Source of the DNA: Chrysomallon squamiferum
Taxonomy: Eukaryota > Animalia > Mollusca
Reading direction: 5' to 3'
NCBI GenBank assembly: GCA_012295275.1
Contig: CM022674.1
Span: 16,182,001-16,246,000 of the forward strand
DNA length: 64,000 nt
Part shown: piece after piece, positions 12,296 through 26,899 of the stretch
How the letters are laid out: each line of letters starts with the position of its first letter
Position numbering within the stretch: the stretch's first letter is position 1
Notes under the pieces: generated by a model
Seen by the model: only the letters and a program-made list of their open reading frames with translations
Told to the model about the DNA's origin: nothing
Databases searched by the model: none
Made by a program: the position numbers and the translations under genes

Positions 12296-13956
12296 AGCAA
12301 TTCATTGTGATGAAGAATTAAATACAGTGTAAATTTGTGTAACTATATTGCTGTGTAGTCTGGTGTATATCTAGGTACTGTAAATTGTTTCTATTGAGAT
12401 ATTCCATTACTGTACTGTTACACTCTGCTGTTTCTATTCAAATATTGTATTCATATATTGTGTAGTTTGTGTTTCTATACAAATGTTGTTACCATATTTT
12501 ATAGCTGCTGCATCTTTAAGCATTTCTTAGTCTCTATTGTATCTGAACATAACAAGAACTATTATAATAACTGTGGCTTTATGAAAATTTCACTTCATTT
12601 TAATTTCATTGAAAGAGTTTATGGTGTTTATTGCACAATTCCATGAAAAAGATGTTAAGAAATGTTTGGTTGCCTAGCAATAATAAAACAACAGTAATAT
12701 TGATGTTAATTTTGAATAGGTTTTTGAGAAAGTGAAAAGTCAGCCAGTTTTTAAATCAGATTTGTTATATTATTCATGATGATTTGATTATTACTTATGT
12801 TGCTATTAGACTGTTTATGTGTGAAAATATCTGCTAAATAGGATGTTATAATTAAAGTTGTGTTTTAAAGTAGAGTGCAGAATATTTAATGTATAGTTTT
12901 TATTTGACAAAATTGTTTTGCATTACTAAATAGTTTACTATGTTTATATTAAGAAAAGTACTATAGTAATGTTGTGTGAAAGTGTTTTTGTTTTTTGTTT
13001 TCTCCTTTACACAATAGTTCTGTAATACTAAATCAAATTTGAATATCTTTGTACTAAGTAAATTTGGATTTTCATTTGGAGTTTATATACATTTTTGTTT
13101 TACAAAATGTTTCTATTCATGCTTTTAATATATAAATGTATATGGTAAAATAAAATGTAATTTTAAATATATATATATATATATATATGTAAAACACACA
13201 AACACACATACACATTTAAGTTAGAGATAGATTATTTTTTTAATAAATTGTTCTGTGGTACTAAATGTTTATTATGTTTAGAATTTTAGATATATAATGT
13301 AATATAGTCTATTTTTTACTGTTATTGTCATACAAAAGAAAATATGAGCATATTTCTCTGTCAATTAGAAGACACGTTCATATAATGTTTGCATTTCACT
13401 AAATTATCATTAGAAAATACTAACAAAATTTATAAAGCAAATGTAAATCTTCATTCATCTGATAGTTTTTACATATAGCTTTAATAATTACAAAATAGTG
13501 GATAATAAAGTAAATGTAAGTTTTAAGTAGGAATATTTATTTAATAATTGAGAAATAGTGAATAATTAATAAAATAAATGTGATTTTAAATTAGAAACAT
13601 GTTTGGCTAATGTTTACATTTATCTCTTTGACACTGAACTGTAAGTGTGGATTTAAACTGATTTAATTTGAGATAAAATTTTAATACTATCTTTATTTTA
13701 TCTGTCAATAAGTTGTATCGAACAAGATTTTTTTTTAAATTTTTTTATTTATTTATTTATTATTATTATTTTTTTTTTTAGGTGATTAGTTATTTTTATT
13801 AAAAAACAATTTTGAGGAATGTGTTGGAGTTACACTGAATGATTTTTTTGTATAAATATCTTGTATTTATTTTGCCTGTCTTGATGATTGTTTCCTTCCA
13901 GAAATTATTTTCAATTAATAATGATTTATTTGTATTGTGTTTGTTGCCATTATTAC

Positions 13957-14019
<63 letters not shown>

Positions 14020-15119
14020 AGCTTTGTAATGATTTACTTTTAATTTACTTGTTTGTTTTTCAGTGATGGAAAACAGAAAGTATTGTCTAATGTGCTAACC
14101 TTTGCTGGTGATGCCACTGTTACATAACTGTATGAAATGTGTCAGTTCATGTATTGTTTTTAAGACACTGATACAAATTTTTTTGGATATATATATTGTT
14201 TATAATACTTGGCTATTGTATTCAATTAATATTTTTCATACATTTATTTTAAATATATATTTATTTGTTTATTTATATTATTATCATTATTATTAATTGG
14301 GAATATATTTATTTATTCTTACTTCTATGTATTTAATCATTAGAATATCCTGATTCAATTTGAATAGCAAATACTTGTATATGTTTCTAATTACAATGAT
14401 TCTTTTTTTCTTATTTAATTTGCATGATAGAATGTTTTTACTATTTTTATTTTGTGAATCAACTAACTTTAGTTCAATCTTCAACTTACATTTTTTAATA
14501 ATTAACATGTTTCTTTAATTAATGGATGAAAATGGACAAATGGTGTTTGTCTATCACATGTTACACATCCCATTTGTTCCATACCTAGAAGTAACAGTTG
14601 AAGTGTAATTAAGTCAATTCCAGTAATATTAGTGTAATAGTTACAGTGCTTTTCATTTGATTTTGTTACTGAATACAATGATAATAAAGAATAAAAAATA
14701 AAAACTTTATATGCAGTAATAATAATAATAGAAAGAAGGAAAGAAAAAATCTTAGGAGAATATCTTCTAGTACAGAAAAGTAAAAATCCTAATTTTTATA
14801 TAGTTAATATATATACATGTTACATATTTTGTTTGTTTTGTATATATAGCTGGACTTTTCATTGTTGCTGACTGGCTTATGAGATTATTTTGTGATAAAG
14901 TGCCACAACAAGTTTTCTCTAGAATTTTTACAATGATAATGAGAATGACATTGATAACGACATCATTTTCATAAACTGTAGGATTACAGTACAGATATAT
15001 AATAACAAAATTAAAATGCACATGCGTGGATGTTTAACATGGAGGACATAACTCTCATATATAGTTCTTATTAAAACACAGCTTTTTTAATACAAATATA
15101 TTTTTTACTGTTAAACAAA

Positions 15120-16780
15120 TTATTATACGAAATTATGTTTGGATGTCTCATATATTTATCAGGTATATCTGTTCTTGCATTTAATAATATAGGATCATTA
15201 CGTTCAAATATATAGTGATAGTCATATCCAATTTTGTTAACATTACAAATATGACATTTTCTGTTTTTAATTAGAATATCAGAACATTGTCCGGTTTCAA
15301 TAGGAAGTTTAGCATTCGCGGTTCCAAATTTACATAAGACATTAGCATTCTTTTGAGGCAGAAAAGTAAGACAGTTTTCTAATTTCAGTTCATTTTTAAT
15401 TTTTGTTTATAATTAATACCTTTTGGAGATGTTTCAATTTATTTTTTCCATAATTGTTGATGTTGATCATGTAATATTTTGGATATCGTTTCACGTAATT
15501 ATTTAACATTATCAAAGATGTGATATGTTAAACATCAATCATCTAAAATATTTTTTTACAAATTTGTTCCAAAAAGAATCGATAGCATGTATTAAATAAT
15601 ATAGTTGTGAGGAAATCTTGTTTTGGGTTTTGCAAATTAGGTTCCTTGAAAAGGTTATCATTCTTACTTTTATAGAAATACAAAGGAATACCGTCCTAGA
15701 TCATCATAGATCATAAAACCAGGGAGACGTTTATTAACATTTAGTAAATACTTACAAAATTTCATATGCAGTCTTTTTATTAGTTATATATTTGTAAAAC
15801 CCCATATTTCACAACCATACAATAAATCAAATATTCAGTGGATCAAGATATTATTCTGACGACTTTTAGCTATTAGGCTATACATAGCTTTCATTGCTTT
15901 TTTATACAGTTATCTTACGTTGTAAATGAATAGACCGTTTCTTGTCAAATGCATGCCCAGATATTCATATTTATCTATAATCTCTCCATCAAATTCAAAT
16001 ATAGAATCACTAGTTTTTCTCTTTTTACTGAATATTCAGTTTCAAGCTGTTCAAAAGCATACACTTTATAGCCAAGAATATTGATGTTATCAGCCTTATC
16101 TGTTTTTGTTTCAACTAAACATATTATATCATACTTACTAATGGTTTCAGTACATATAGTATCTCTGAGCTTACTTACAAACCGCACACGTTAATCTCTA
16201 TCCTTTTTAAAACATAAGAGCTTACTCCTTTATGATTTTTGTTTGGGGTGTTTTTTACAAATGGGAGAGGTTTTGCGCTGACTGAATTGGCTTGTCTTGG
16301 TGAAATTTCAAATCTCCGAGATCTTTTTTATTCCTTTCAAACTGTTTGTTATTATAATTCATACCCGTTTCCACATCTTGTACTGTTTTCTTAATATCAG
16401 TCATTTTACCACCGATATATTAGACAGTTATTTCCATACTATTCAGTCGTTTTTCGATGATGTCCAATTTCTCCAGTTTATCACACATTATATCTAACTT
16501 TGTAGTCAAAGTATCTGATTTTATACTGACATCTTGATTGTGCACAACTAGTGAAATTAAACCAGAATACTGACCGTGAGATCCATAGTGTTGTCCACAT
16601 TGTCCATACTGTGACTGCTGAGACTGCTGGGTGGCTGCTTACTGTTGAATTGGTGTTGACTGATAAAATGGTGCAGATGAACATTTAAGGTCATTTGACT
16701 TTTGTGTATTTTGACATCTTCAGTATGATGACTTCTTGACCAGCTTGGCTACTGCTTACCTTTAATTTCTCTCCACTTAT
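15120..16780 (-). mobile_element. Internally deleted non-LTR retrotransposon (LINE) remnant
   Basis: Minus strand: endonuclease start KYDIICLVETKTD..INILGYK jumps almost directly to post-RT sequence (LYGCEIWGFTN) and a C-terminal RKCHICNVN..G..YHYIFE zinc knuckle; the RT core is missing. Confidence 0.75.
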
Positions 16781-17386
16781 ATTTTCACTCTTATTTGTTT
16801 TCTCTTTTTACCTTTTCTCATTGCATGCTACATACAAACGTATCTTTAGCAATAATTTACATTGATAAATGGATTAAATCCCTTTAATACTAATAAACAT
16901 TATATATTTTCACAAACAGATAAGAGACACGACTTTCATTTCCACAAGATGCTTTTGTTTTCACTTTCAGGAACAGGAAATCAGATTTACAAAATACTTG
17001 GTCTGATTGGATGTGCAAGTCACGTGATAGTGCGGTTGTATTAAGCTGTTGTTTTTATTGGGATTAGCGACGTGGGAAATAACTAACGTTCCAGTATCAC
17101 CAGTAATTTAACTGCTTTGTTTAAACTTCGCTATTTTTTTAGTTTTGGCTTCTGGTAAATCGTAATAGGGATCAATTGGTTAATTATTTCCTAAGCCGAT
17201 TGTGCAACAATTGGGAAGATGAATCCATTATTGTATACCAGATACAGGACATCTGATTACCAGTTAATTCGACCATGACCTTTCTTTCTTATATGACAAA
17301 TGGATGTGTAACAAAAGTGAGAGTATCCATAAATGTAAACCTTGATTTTATTATTTTGAATACAAAATGAGAAATAATTGTTATTA

Positions 17387-17434
<48 letters not shown>

Positions 17435-19344
17435 TGGGGGGGGGACCAATATAACTTAGCTAAATGAGTAAATACTAAATTTGAATGTTGTTGAAATATA
17501 CTAATTTAGAGTTTAATGTTTCACTAGTTTCTTTTAGATTTTTGTACTATTTCATCATAATGGTAATTATTTGAATACTAAATGAGAAATATAATAACAG
17601 TTATTAATGTGTGTGTATATGACAAATATAACAGTTAAATGAGTAAACACTAAATCTGAATTTTATTGAAATATATTAATTTAGAGTACTGTTTCACTAA
17701 TTTCTTTTTGATTTTTGTATTATTTCATTATAATGGTAATTATTAATACGGAGTGCATTGTAATGTTGTTAATAATTAACATAATAAATATCTTTTATAA
17801 AATGTAATTACTTTTGTTTTCTTTATTAGATGAGCGATATTTCCTGTATTCAAGAAAAACACACTACAATGGAATAATGCATTGTACGAGTTCTTGTGAC
17901 TCCTCTGACATCCACCAGTGACATAGTGTTTGTAAGGGAGACAGCAGTCTGCTCTTTAATATGTAACCTTAAGAATTATATAAGCTAACTGACGGAGAAA
18001 GCAATCTCCTGTTTAATATATAATAGATGTTAGATTTTTCTTAAAACTTGTATAAGCTATGGTGAGGTGTTGTTTAGGGGACCCCTGACACCTGTGTCTG
18101 CTAAAGTTCCAACCAGTCTCGACTCCATCTGCGACATCTATGTTAAAAGAGCCGCTATGTGGTCTTTCCTAGGTAATAAAAGCAGAGATCGTGTTTTGTT
18201 TGGGGCAATCAGTTTTTACACCGTACAGAACAGACGTGTGGCTAACCCTCAGATGGACAGTTACACAGATCCAGCTGACTCAGATAACTATAAGTTTTTA
18301 ATGCTCTGTTTGACCAACTGAAAGGTAGTTTGATGTGGTTTTCTAACAAATATCATTTAACTATATATAGTTTGAAGTAGAATAATCATCAAAGTAAACT
18401 GTAATTATTATCTCTAAAACAGCGGGTGAGAATAGCAAGACATTTGATCATCTTGCTAAGTAGTAGATTATATTCATAGACTTGCATATTCAAATACATC
18501 TTCGGATGTGCTATGTTACCTTGAGGGATAAACACATTTAATATCCCCCGTATGTTCACTTATGTGGTGAGAGTCATTTTGTGGCAAGAAACTGTTTGTA
18601 ACCAGTCGTGTAAGCGTTCTAAGTTTACATGGTAAATAACTATTATTAGATCGGATAATACATACAGTTTTAAATCTAAAATTGTGTTGTTGTTTCTGGT
18701 GATTTAAAATTGGCTAAATATAAATTTATATATGATCTTGTTCCCTGAATACCGTCACTGCCGAGCCAAATCGGGTAGCTATCTACCTGATACAGGGAGG
18801 TCTGTATGTATAGTTAGTGGTAATTTGGGGGAGGAGTGTTACGGCTGTTGCGGGGTTCTAATTTGGTTACGTGACGACTGTGTTAATTACGGGTCGCATA
18901 CGACTGCGTTAGACGCCCCGTAGCAGTGTTACATACCAGCGAGTCTGGTAACTCTACTAATGTACAAGTAAATTGTGGAATGATTTAACTAAAAAACCAG
19001 ACATAGTTTATTAGGTTAATTTCCTCATACAGGGTAATAAGTAAATTATTCATGTATATTCTTACATTTTCCTGCATTTTTCACATGGACATATTTCTGT
19101 TCATTGTATATTTCAATGTATAGTGTCTAGGGTTGGTCTATCTTATATGTAATGTTTGGTTTGTGTCAGTATGTGCGAATGCTGATGCGAAACAGTAGCA
19201 CAGAAAATATCGCGGTCGTCCACCAAAGTGTTGACAGTGTTCAAGGTAAAGTTTTGGACGTTTAAAGTATTATTCATGCAACGAATGTATTGAAAATTAT
19301 GTATGTTCTGACATTTTTTCATTGTTCAGGTCAATGCATTTTCT

Positions 19345-19880
19345 AATCAAGAAGTCTCTAAACATATCGTGAAGGCAAGTAACAGCAGTGAACAGTACCT
19401 GGGTTTGAGTGAAGTAACTAAACATATGAACACAAATAACAATAGTGAACAGCACCTGTGTTTAAGTGACGCCACTAAAACGATTAAGGCCAGAAACAAC
19501 AGTGAACAGTACCTGGGTTTGAGTGAATTGACTAAACACATCATGATAACAAGTAACTATAGTCAACAGTACCTGGGTTTGAGTGAAATCACTAAACATA
19601 TCATGATAACAAGGAACTATAGTCAACAGTACCTGGGTTTAAGTGAAGTCACTAAAGCTATGAAGGCCAGTAACAACAGTGAACAGTACGAGGGTTTGAG
19701 AGAAGTCAGCAAACATATCATGAAGGCAAGTACAACAGTGAACAGTACGTGGGTTTGAGTGAAGTCACTTAGGATATCATGAAGGCAGATAACAACAGTG
19801 AACAGTACGAGGGTTTGAGTGAAGTCAGGAAACATATCATGAAGGCAAGTAACAACAGTGAACAGTGCCTGGGTTTGGAA
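19345..19880 (+). repeat. ~60-bp minisatellite, about 9 copies (NNSEQYLGLSEVTKHIMKAS-like)
   Basis: Repeated 'aacagtgaacagtacctgggtttgagtgaagtcactaaacatatcatgaaggcaagt'; only about one unit at the paralogous site 46070-46145. Confidence 0.9.
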
Positions 19881-21720
19881 ATTAAGAATTGTGAAATGAA
19901 ACCTGTAAATGACATAAAGGTAACATATTTACAAACATGCAGATCATTGTTATCATTTGACGACAAGAGTATAATAAACAGTGTATCATTAAAGATATTA
20001 CGTTTTAGTATGAAAAACTTGAGTGAGAGACACAGACAGCGCTTCATTGATTAGAATACAATAGCGATGCAAACATTGGTATATTTTGTTAGCACTCAAA
20101 TTGATGGTATAACTGTAAATGCAGATGTCATAAACCACATTCTTCTACATGATAGCTGCCTGAATTGCAGCCTCATCAATGTATTCATGTCTGTTCAAAA
20201 AAAAACAAAAAAAACATCTGAGAAATCAACATATTCATATAGTAGATTGTGGTTGGTTTGGTCAGAAGATTTTAGTTAATGGTGACAGAGATCAACCAGA
20301 CGGACTTTTGTTAATTACTCTGAAATGCCAGAGAGATTGATAGAAGTAACTGTGGGGTATATGTTTGTGCTATAGCAAAAGCTATTTTAACTAATAAGTG
20401 TATAAGTCAAGAGTAAGACAGAAAATAAATTCAAATAAGGTTAGAGAGAGACACTTTATACAAAAAGAGAGACAGAAAAATCATCTTTGCTGTTGAATAC
20501 TTTTGAGAAGATTAGGGAGTTCCATGAATCTATTTATAGATTTCAGTTTTAGTTATGTTTTCAAAGTCTGGTAGTAAAACTCAGCTGCCTGAAATAAAGA
20601 TAATATTTCAATTTCAAAATAAAATTACTAAAACAGGTAGTCACAGAATAAGAAAAACAAGTAGAAAAAAACAACAACATTCTGGCTTTTTCCTAAGACA
20701 CTGTATATTTTGTTAAATTTCCTAACTTACTACAATCAATCATGAACCATTCTGCAAGGATGAAGCTAAAAAATTCTTATCACTGGACTAATATTAAATT
20801 ATTGAAAAAAGGTTCAGTGTGTTTAGCTGCCGTTTTACTTATTTCAAAATGATCACTTTCCTTCCTGACAAAGTGTGAAGATTTTCGCTAAAATAAAATG
20901 TATAAAAACCTCAGAATGTTTTTTAAAATATGAGCAAAATATTGAAAGAAAGAAAACACACACATGCGTATGCCCTCAAGAAACGCACACACACAGCAAA
21001 ATTCACATTTCAACAGTACTATAATGAGTAATCCACATATTTCATCTAACAGGTTCTTAGAACAAACCCCTGCATTAACTTTTATTCAGAATTAATTATA
21101 GAGATGTAAAATTACTGCACTGTCTGTTTAATCAATCTTCTAACATACTTACACTTTTTTGTTAAAATATGTAAATAAAACATAACAGACTGAATAAATC
21201 ATTAAAAGGTGGTCATATCTTTAGTCTAGAAAGCGTTTTTTCTTTGCACAGTCAGTGCATGACATCACAATAAATGCGATAATATTCGTAAAGAACATAA
21301 TTATATTTCTGATATCATAATTTATTATTAACAAAGGTCAGTGATTTCATTTTTTAAATTAAATAATCATTTGGTTCCACACAAAATGTGCTTAAACTAT
21401 ATTTTTACATTAGTATAATACTAGCTTAAATATTTATTGTTAGGAAAGTGTGGTTTCTGTTAACAAATCAAAACAATATCTAGAAATTACATTAATCATA
21501 TTTATGTACTTTGTTCTTATCATCAAAAAAATAAATTTGAAAACCTAATATCCAGTTCCTGCTTCTAAGAAGATTACTTTGTAGTATTGTTTTTCTCTAA
21601 CCAGGTTTTTACTTTCTTACTGCTCCACATTTTAACTGAGAAAACATCAATGGTGGTCAGAACGGGTGACAGAGGTGGCTCACAAACATGCTTTTTCTTC
21701 TGTAAACAATAATAATAATA

Positions 21721-21771
<51 letters not shown>

Positions 21772-22171
21772 GTAATAACAATAAGATTAATATCTATAAT
21801 AACAACATCAATAACAATAATAATAACAATAATAATCCTAGAATCCCTATATCATATTTAATTTAAAAGTTGGGTTTTACTGGTATGTTGAAATGTCTGT
21901 ATACATAAATCACCATAAATTTAAAGAAATTCAAAGACAGTTTAACGTAAAAGTATTTCTTATTGTTGGATGATATAAAGCAAGACAAAAATGTTGAGAA
22001 TATAAAAAAAAAAAAAAAGACAAAAAACAAATTGCCAGAATTTAATGGACAAATATAATTATTGAAATTATATGTTAAACTATTTTGTTGTTTTATACTT
22101 TCAGTTGACATTACCTTAGCTTACCCATTCCTTCATCTGCCAGAGTTTGAAATTATAGAGATGGTTGACAG

Positions 22172-22303
22172 CAGGGCCTCCAAGAGAAATTTTGAAACGC
22201 TATACAAGACCCCTTTTGGGCCTCGAGACATAACAGATATAACACAATGAAAGAAGCATACGCAGATCAAAGTACCGACTGGACCACACCCTCATAGGCC
22301 CTA
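22172..22303. mobile_element. Short hAT-like MITE (longer paralog at 49075-49267)
   Basis: TIRs 'cagggcct..' and '..taggccct(a/g)'; flanking 8-mers gttgacag and gctggcaa differ only by three transitions (possible decayed TSD). Confidence 0.55.
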
Positions 22304-23210
22304 GCTGGCAACAACGTGATTGTGAGCAAACAGAAGTACCAGGATTTCAGATGCTGTATACACAAAATATGATATCTATCTCCAGTAGGTGCAGTACTGC
22401 TCTTTTTATAAAAAGTAATCTTGCAATATATGTAAAAGTTATAATGTCTGAATGAACTTGTAGTTACGTCAGCAAAATATGAAATCATTTGATTAACCGG
22501 TTGGTTTTAATACCACGTTTCTGACGATCACTGTGTAATTCAGAACACAGACAATGGAAGTATTGAACAATTTGATGACACCTACACTTTAGAACTACAT
22601 AATATTTATCTTAAAAGAAAAAGTATTGACACCAAGAAAAAGAAGATAATTTTGGCAATACACTTTGCAAGTTGTTTAAATATACTAATTTACATATTCC
22701 AAACAGGCATGTTGGTGAATACAGATATTTAAGTAACTTTACCTGTAAAAACTCTAGTTTTGTGGATTACTGTAAAATCTAAACAGAATGTAAATATTGT
22801 TAATGAAAAATATATTGATTTACACATTTTTGAGAAACCAAAAAGTGGGACAATAGTAAAACAAGATGATTTCTGTAATAATATTTATATTAATACAGTG
22901 CATGAACTAAACTATCAGTTAAATAATAACGAGTTTAATATTATAGATGTCATATTTAATAATGAATTAATTGATAAACTCACTAATTTGTTTGTTTATC
23001 CCAAAGATAAGAAAGCCCTACAGGAGACTAATCATAACTTATTCTGCCAGCACTTGCTCCACTGATTACTCCGTTTAAAAAATAAATACTGACCTACACA
23101 GAATAGGAAACAATTGTTATTATTTTTCTATTTTACACCTTTCCCACCTTAAAATGTTTGCCATTATTCGCAATGCAAAAACATTTAATAATAATTTAAA
23201 TTATAGAATA

Positions 23211-23328
<118 letters not shown>

Positions 23329-24073
23329 GAACACATTACCGATCTCAGTACTGAACTGCCTCTGTTACTGAGATCCCTCAGTAGTAACTGAGCCAAAAGT
23401 ACCCGAGTTTGAGCGAAGTCAGAGAAAAAGAACAGAGAGGCTGGTAGGATATGAGAATTACTATACTGACCACAACCTGTCCTTGATGATGTCTGATACT
23501 GCATCAGCTGTTACATTCAAGTGAGAGGGCACATACTGCTCTGTCTCAGTGACAGGATCAGAACTAAATGTTAACAAAACTGATTCTCATTATTGTGGAG
23601 ATCTTTAGGGGAACTTAATACCTGAGTTTCGGCTATGACAGTGGGAAAATCTATGTTGTCTGGACGATCACCAGACTGGATATTTCAAGATATTCCTTGG
23701 GATAATTTATTATGATATAATCTTTACAAACAAATGAATATACTTAAACACTGTACATAACAACGTTAGATTTCGGTGAATATAAACGAAGCAAACGACC
23801 AATATAATTATTGCGATCAACGTCAGGGTAACATATTTTGATAGCTACTAGGCATGCGCAGCGCGCGCACCTGAGAAACAAGGATCGATAGCTTTTCCTC
23901 GCATCCACAAAGCATGGCCACTTTTAAGTGAAACAGGTAATTGTTAATACTGTATTTTAAAATTCAAAAGAAACAGTTTCTATTTCTACAAAAACAGTTT
24001 TTCAAAGTGGGATCTAGTGCTTGCCAATAAAGTTTTGTCTGGATCTTGTTAAGAGTCAATTTAGACCACCTAA

Positions 24074-24430
24074 GTTGTCAAGTTCGTACTCTTAGGGATT
24101 TGGTTTCTGGCAATTCTAGCGGGGATCTTACCATCTATAGAAGCCACCAACGGCAGCCTTGCAAGTGGAGACCATTGCAGATTCCTTCCGTATGAACTGG
24201 GTGACGGCTTTGCAGTGTTTTTCGTTATTCTCACGTGTTTCTCTCTGTGTATCTGTTTCATATGCACCCTGCATACCATGCTGTTGCCGTCGACGTCGTC
24301 GGTGGCAAACAACGGAGTGAATCAGATGGCACATTCGAAATACAAGGAACTAACGTTTTCCTAAGATCTTTGTCGATTGTTAATGTGTGTGTTCACCATC
24401 TGTGCTTGCAGCAACCATCTTCTGTACATT
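24074..24430 (+). pseudogene. Rhodopsin-like GPCR fragment (approximately TM4-ECL2-TM5, degenerate TM6)
   Basis: VVKFVLLGIWFLAILAGILPSIEATNGSLASGDHCRFLPYELGDGFAVFFVILTCFSLCICFICTLHTMLL; ends at donor gtaagt 24431; no start or upstream helices. Confidence 0.65.
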
Positions 24431-24774
24431 GTAAGTAGTTTTTATTATTCTATTTAAATTTTGTCTTCAATAATTCCAGCTTTGAAATGTTAGCATCTGT
24501 GTTAAATTAGAAAATAAATTATATTTATAAATATGTCCATATTTTTACACATTATTTATGTTTGTATGTGAATGTATGCATGTAAGTATTTTATGATTTG
24601 AATATTTTCCGTCTTATGTACATCTGATTAGACTCTGCACATAGACAATATTCGGGAAACAAAGTGCGGTCACGATCTCACAAAATCCGTCAGATGCCGC
24701 TGAGGAAACTTAAACGTATGACACTCATTCGTCCGTACTCGGAAGACGCATGATGTTACCGTTCCGCTATCGAG

Positions 24775-24811
<37 letters not shown>

Positions 24812-25021
24812 AAATGATTCTTCACGTATCCCAGTATGTATGTATGTTTGCATGCATGTATGTATGGATGGATGGATATGTTTGCATCTCTTTCTAAATG
24901 AATGGTTATACATATTATGTGTATGTTGATGGTGAATATTATATTAGTTTATTGTTATCATTATCATCATCATCATCGTCATCGGTAATATCATCGAGCT
25001 AAATGTAGACAACAACAACAT

Positions 25022-25065
<44 letters not shown>

Positions 25066-26033
25066 ATAATAATAATAATACAAATAATAATACAAACAAC
25101 AACAACAACGACGACGACAACACTATATATTAAAAGCCTACAGTAATTACATATAAATATTTCACTTTTTCATGTTATGACTACTTTCTATGTTATGACG
25201 TCATTGTAACATATCTGCGGTATCTCACTACACAGCCACGCGTACGCGCAGCTGTCGTTATGTAGATGAGCAGTGGAGTGTGTTTACTGAACTTATTTAG
25301 TTTATTGTCAAATACAAGTAACTGAACAGTTAGACATAACAAAATAATCAGAATAAATTAGTATTTTAACATACACCTTTGTGAGAAAGAGATAAATTGT
25401 ATTACGTATGCGTCATACAAATAATAATACACCAATGCATTTGTATATACATAGCTATAGTTACAAGTAAATTGAATATATACATACAGAAAGAGAAAGA
25501 GACAATAACGTAATGAAATAATGTATATGTACAAACACAGAGTGTACACAGACAGACAGTTGTACGTGGAGATAGGCAGACACACAGAAAGACAGGTAGG
25601 TAGGTAGATGGATAGAGACAGACAAACGCATATACACAGAAATACCTATACATACACAAAAAATACACCATATATCGGAGAATACGACTATAAAATAATG
25701 AAAATATTGTATTTAGTTTATTCTAGTTTTTCTAGATTATCATATGCAGCTAATAATCACAGCACACAGCTTAATATTTCTGTAACTGGCATTTTAGCTT
25801 TATAATTAAATTAAAATACTGAAGACTGACTTCAAAATGTTTGTAATAATTTTTTCGTGCAGTGATGTTGCTGCTGGTTTTATGTTGTTCATTTTGTTTT
25901 CAAATTTTTTGTTTATTTCTTCTTATTTTTCGTCTTCTTCATCATCATCATCATAATCATCATCGTCGTCGTTATCATCAGTGTTATTATTATTATGATA
26001 TTTCTTACCAGCACTTCTCCTATTCTTCTTCTT

Positions 26034-26120
<87 letters not shown>

Positions 26121-26899
26121 TTGCTACTACTACTGCTATCACCATCATCATCGTCATCGTTATGCATCCTAACACAAAAATTGCACAAGTTGGATCTCGA
26201 TTGTATATTTAATTTATCTTGAAGTTTGTACATGATAGACAATTATTGTAGAACATTATAGATGATAGTATCGTAATTGTAATGCAGAGAATTGGCCAAA
26301 ACGTCTTTCTCTCTTGCCAGATATTCTCTCTTCTTTCTTGAACTCTCTTTCACCCCAGTCACACAGATAACATCCCCCCACGCCTGACCAATACTAGCAT
26401 ATCATTACTGTTCCTTAAAACAGCCTCAGTGACAGTGTTTCCCATATATTAATGTCCGACGTCTCTCTGAGGAATTTTCCAAGTTCTTTAAGGTTAAACA
26501 AAGAGAAATAATGTTATAAAGTATAATCTACAAATATCATAACAAAAAACCCACAAAAGAACAAAAAACAAAACAAACAAACAAACAAACAAACAAACAA
26601 AAAAAAAAAAAAAAAAAAAAAGAAAGAAAGAAAGAAAGGGAAAAAGAAAACTAAAATAGTTGTGTTTGAAGTGGATATCATTTCAGTCATTGTCATGAGC
26701 ATAGCAGTCGGCTCTTTGAAGATAAATCACAGATCAGCTAGACGTATTGCTGCCTTAATCTATTATACTTATCGTGTTGGAATCCCACGTTATTAGGTAT
26801 TTCTGTGACTCAAAACACTACTTACGTGTTTCATTGTCTTTAGCGTTAATGCAACACTAAGTCTGATCAAAACATCATCATTATGTAAATGGGACAAAT

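Noticed and set aside
19345-19880. CRISPR-like appearance of regular repeats (also 38880-39450)
   Set aside because: The units are contiguous with no unique spacers and there are no cas genes; these are minisatellites.
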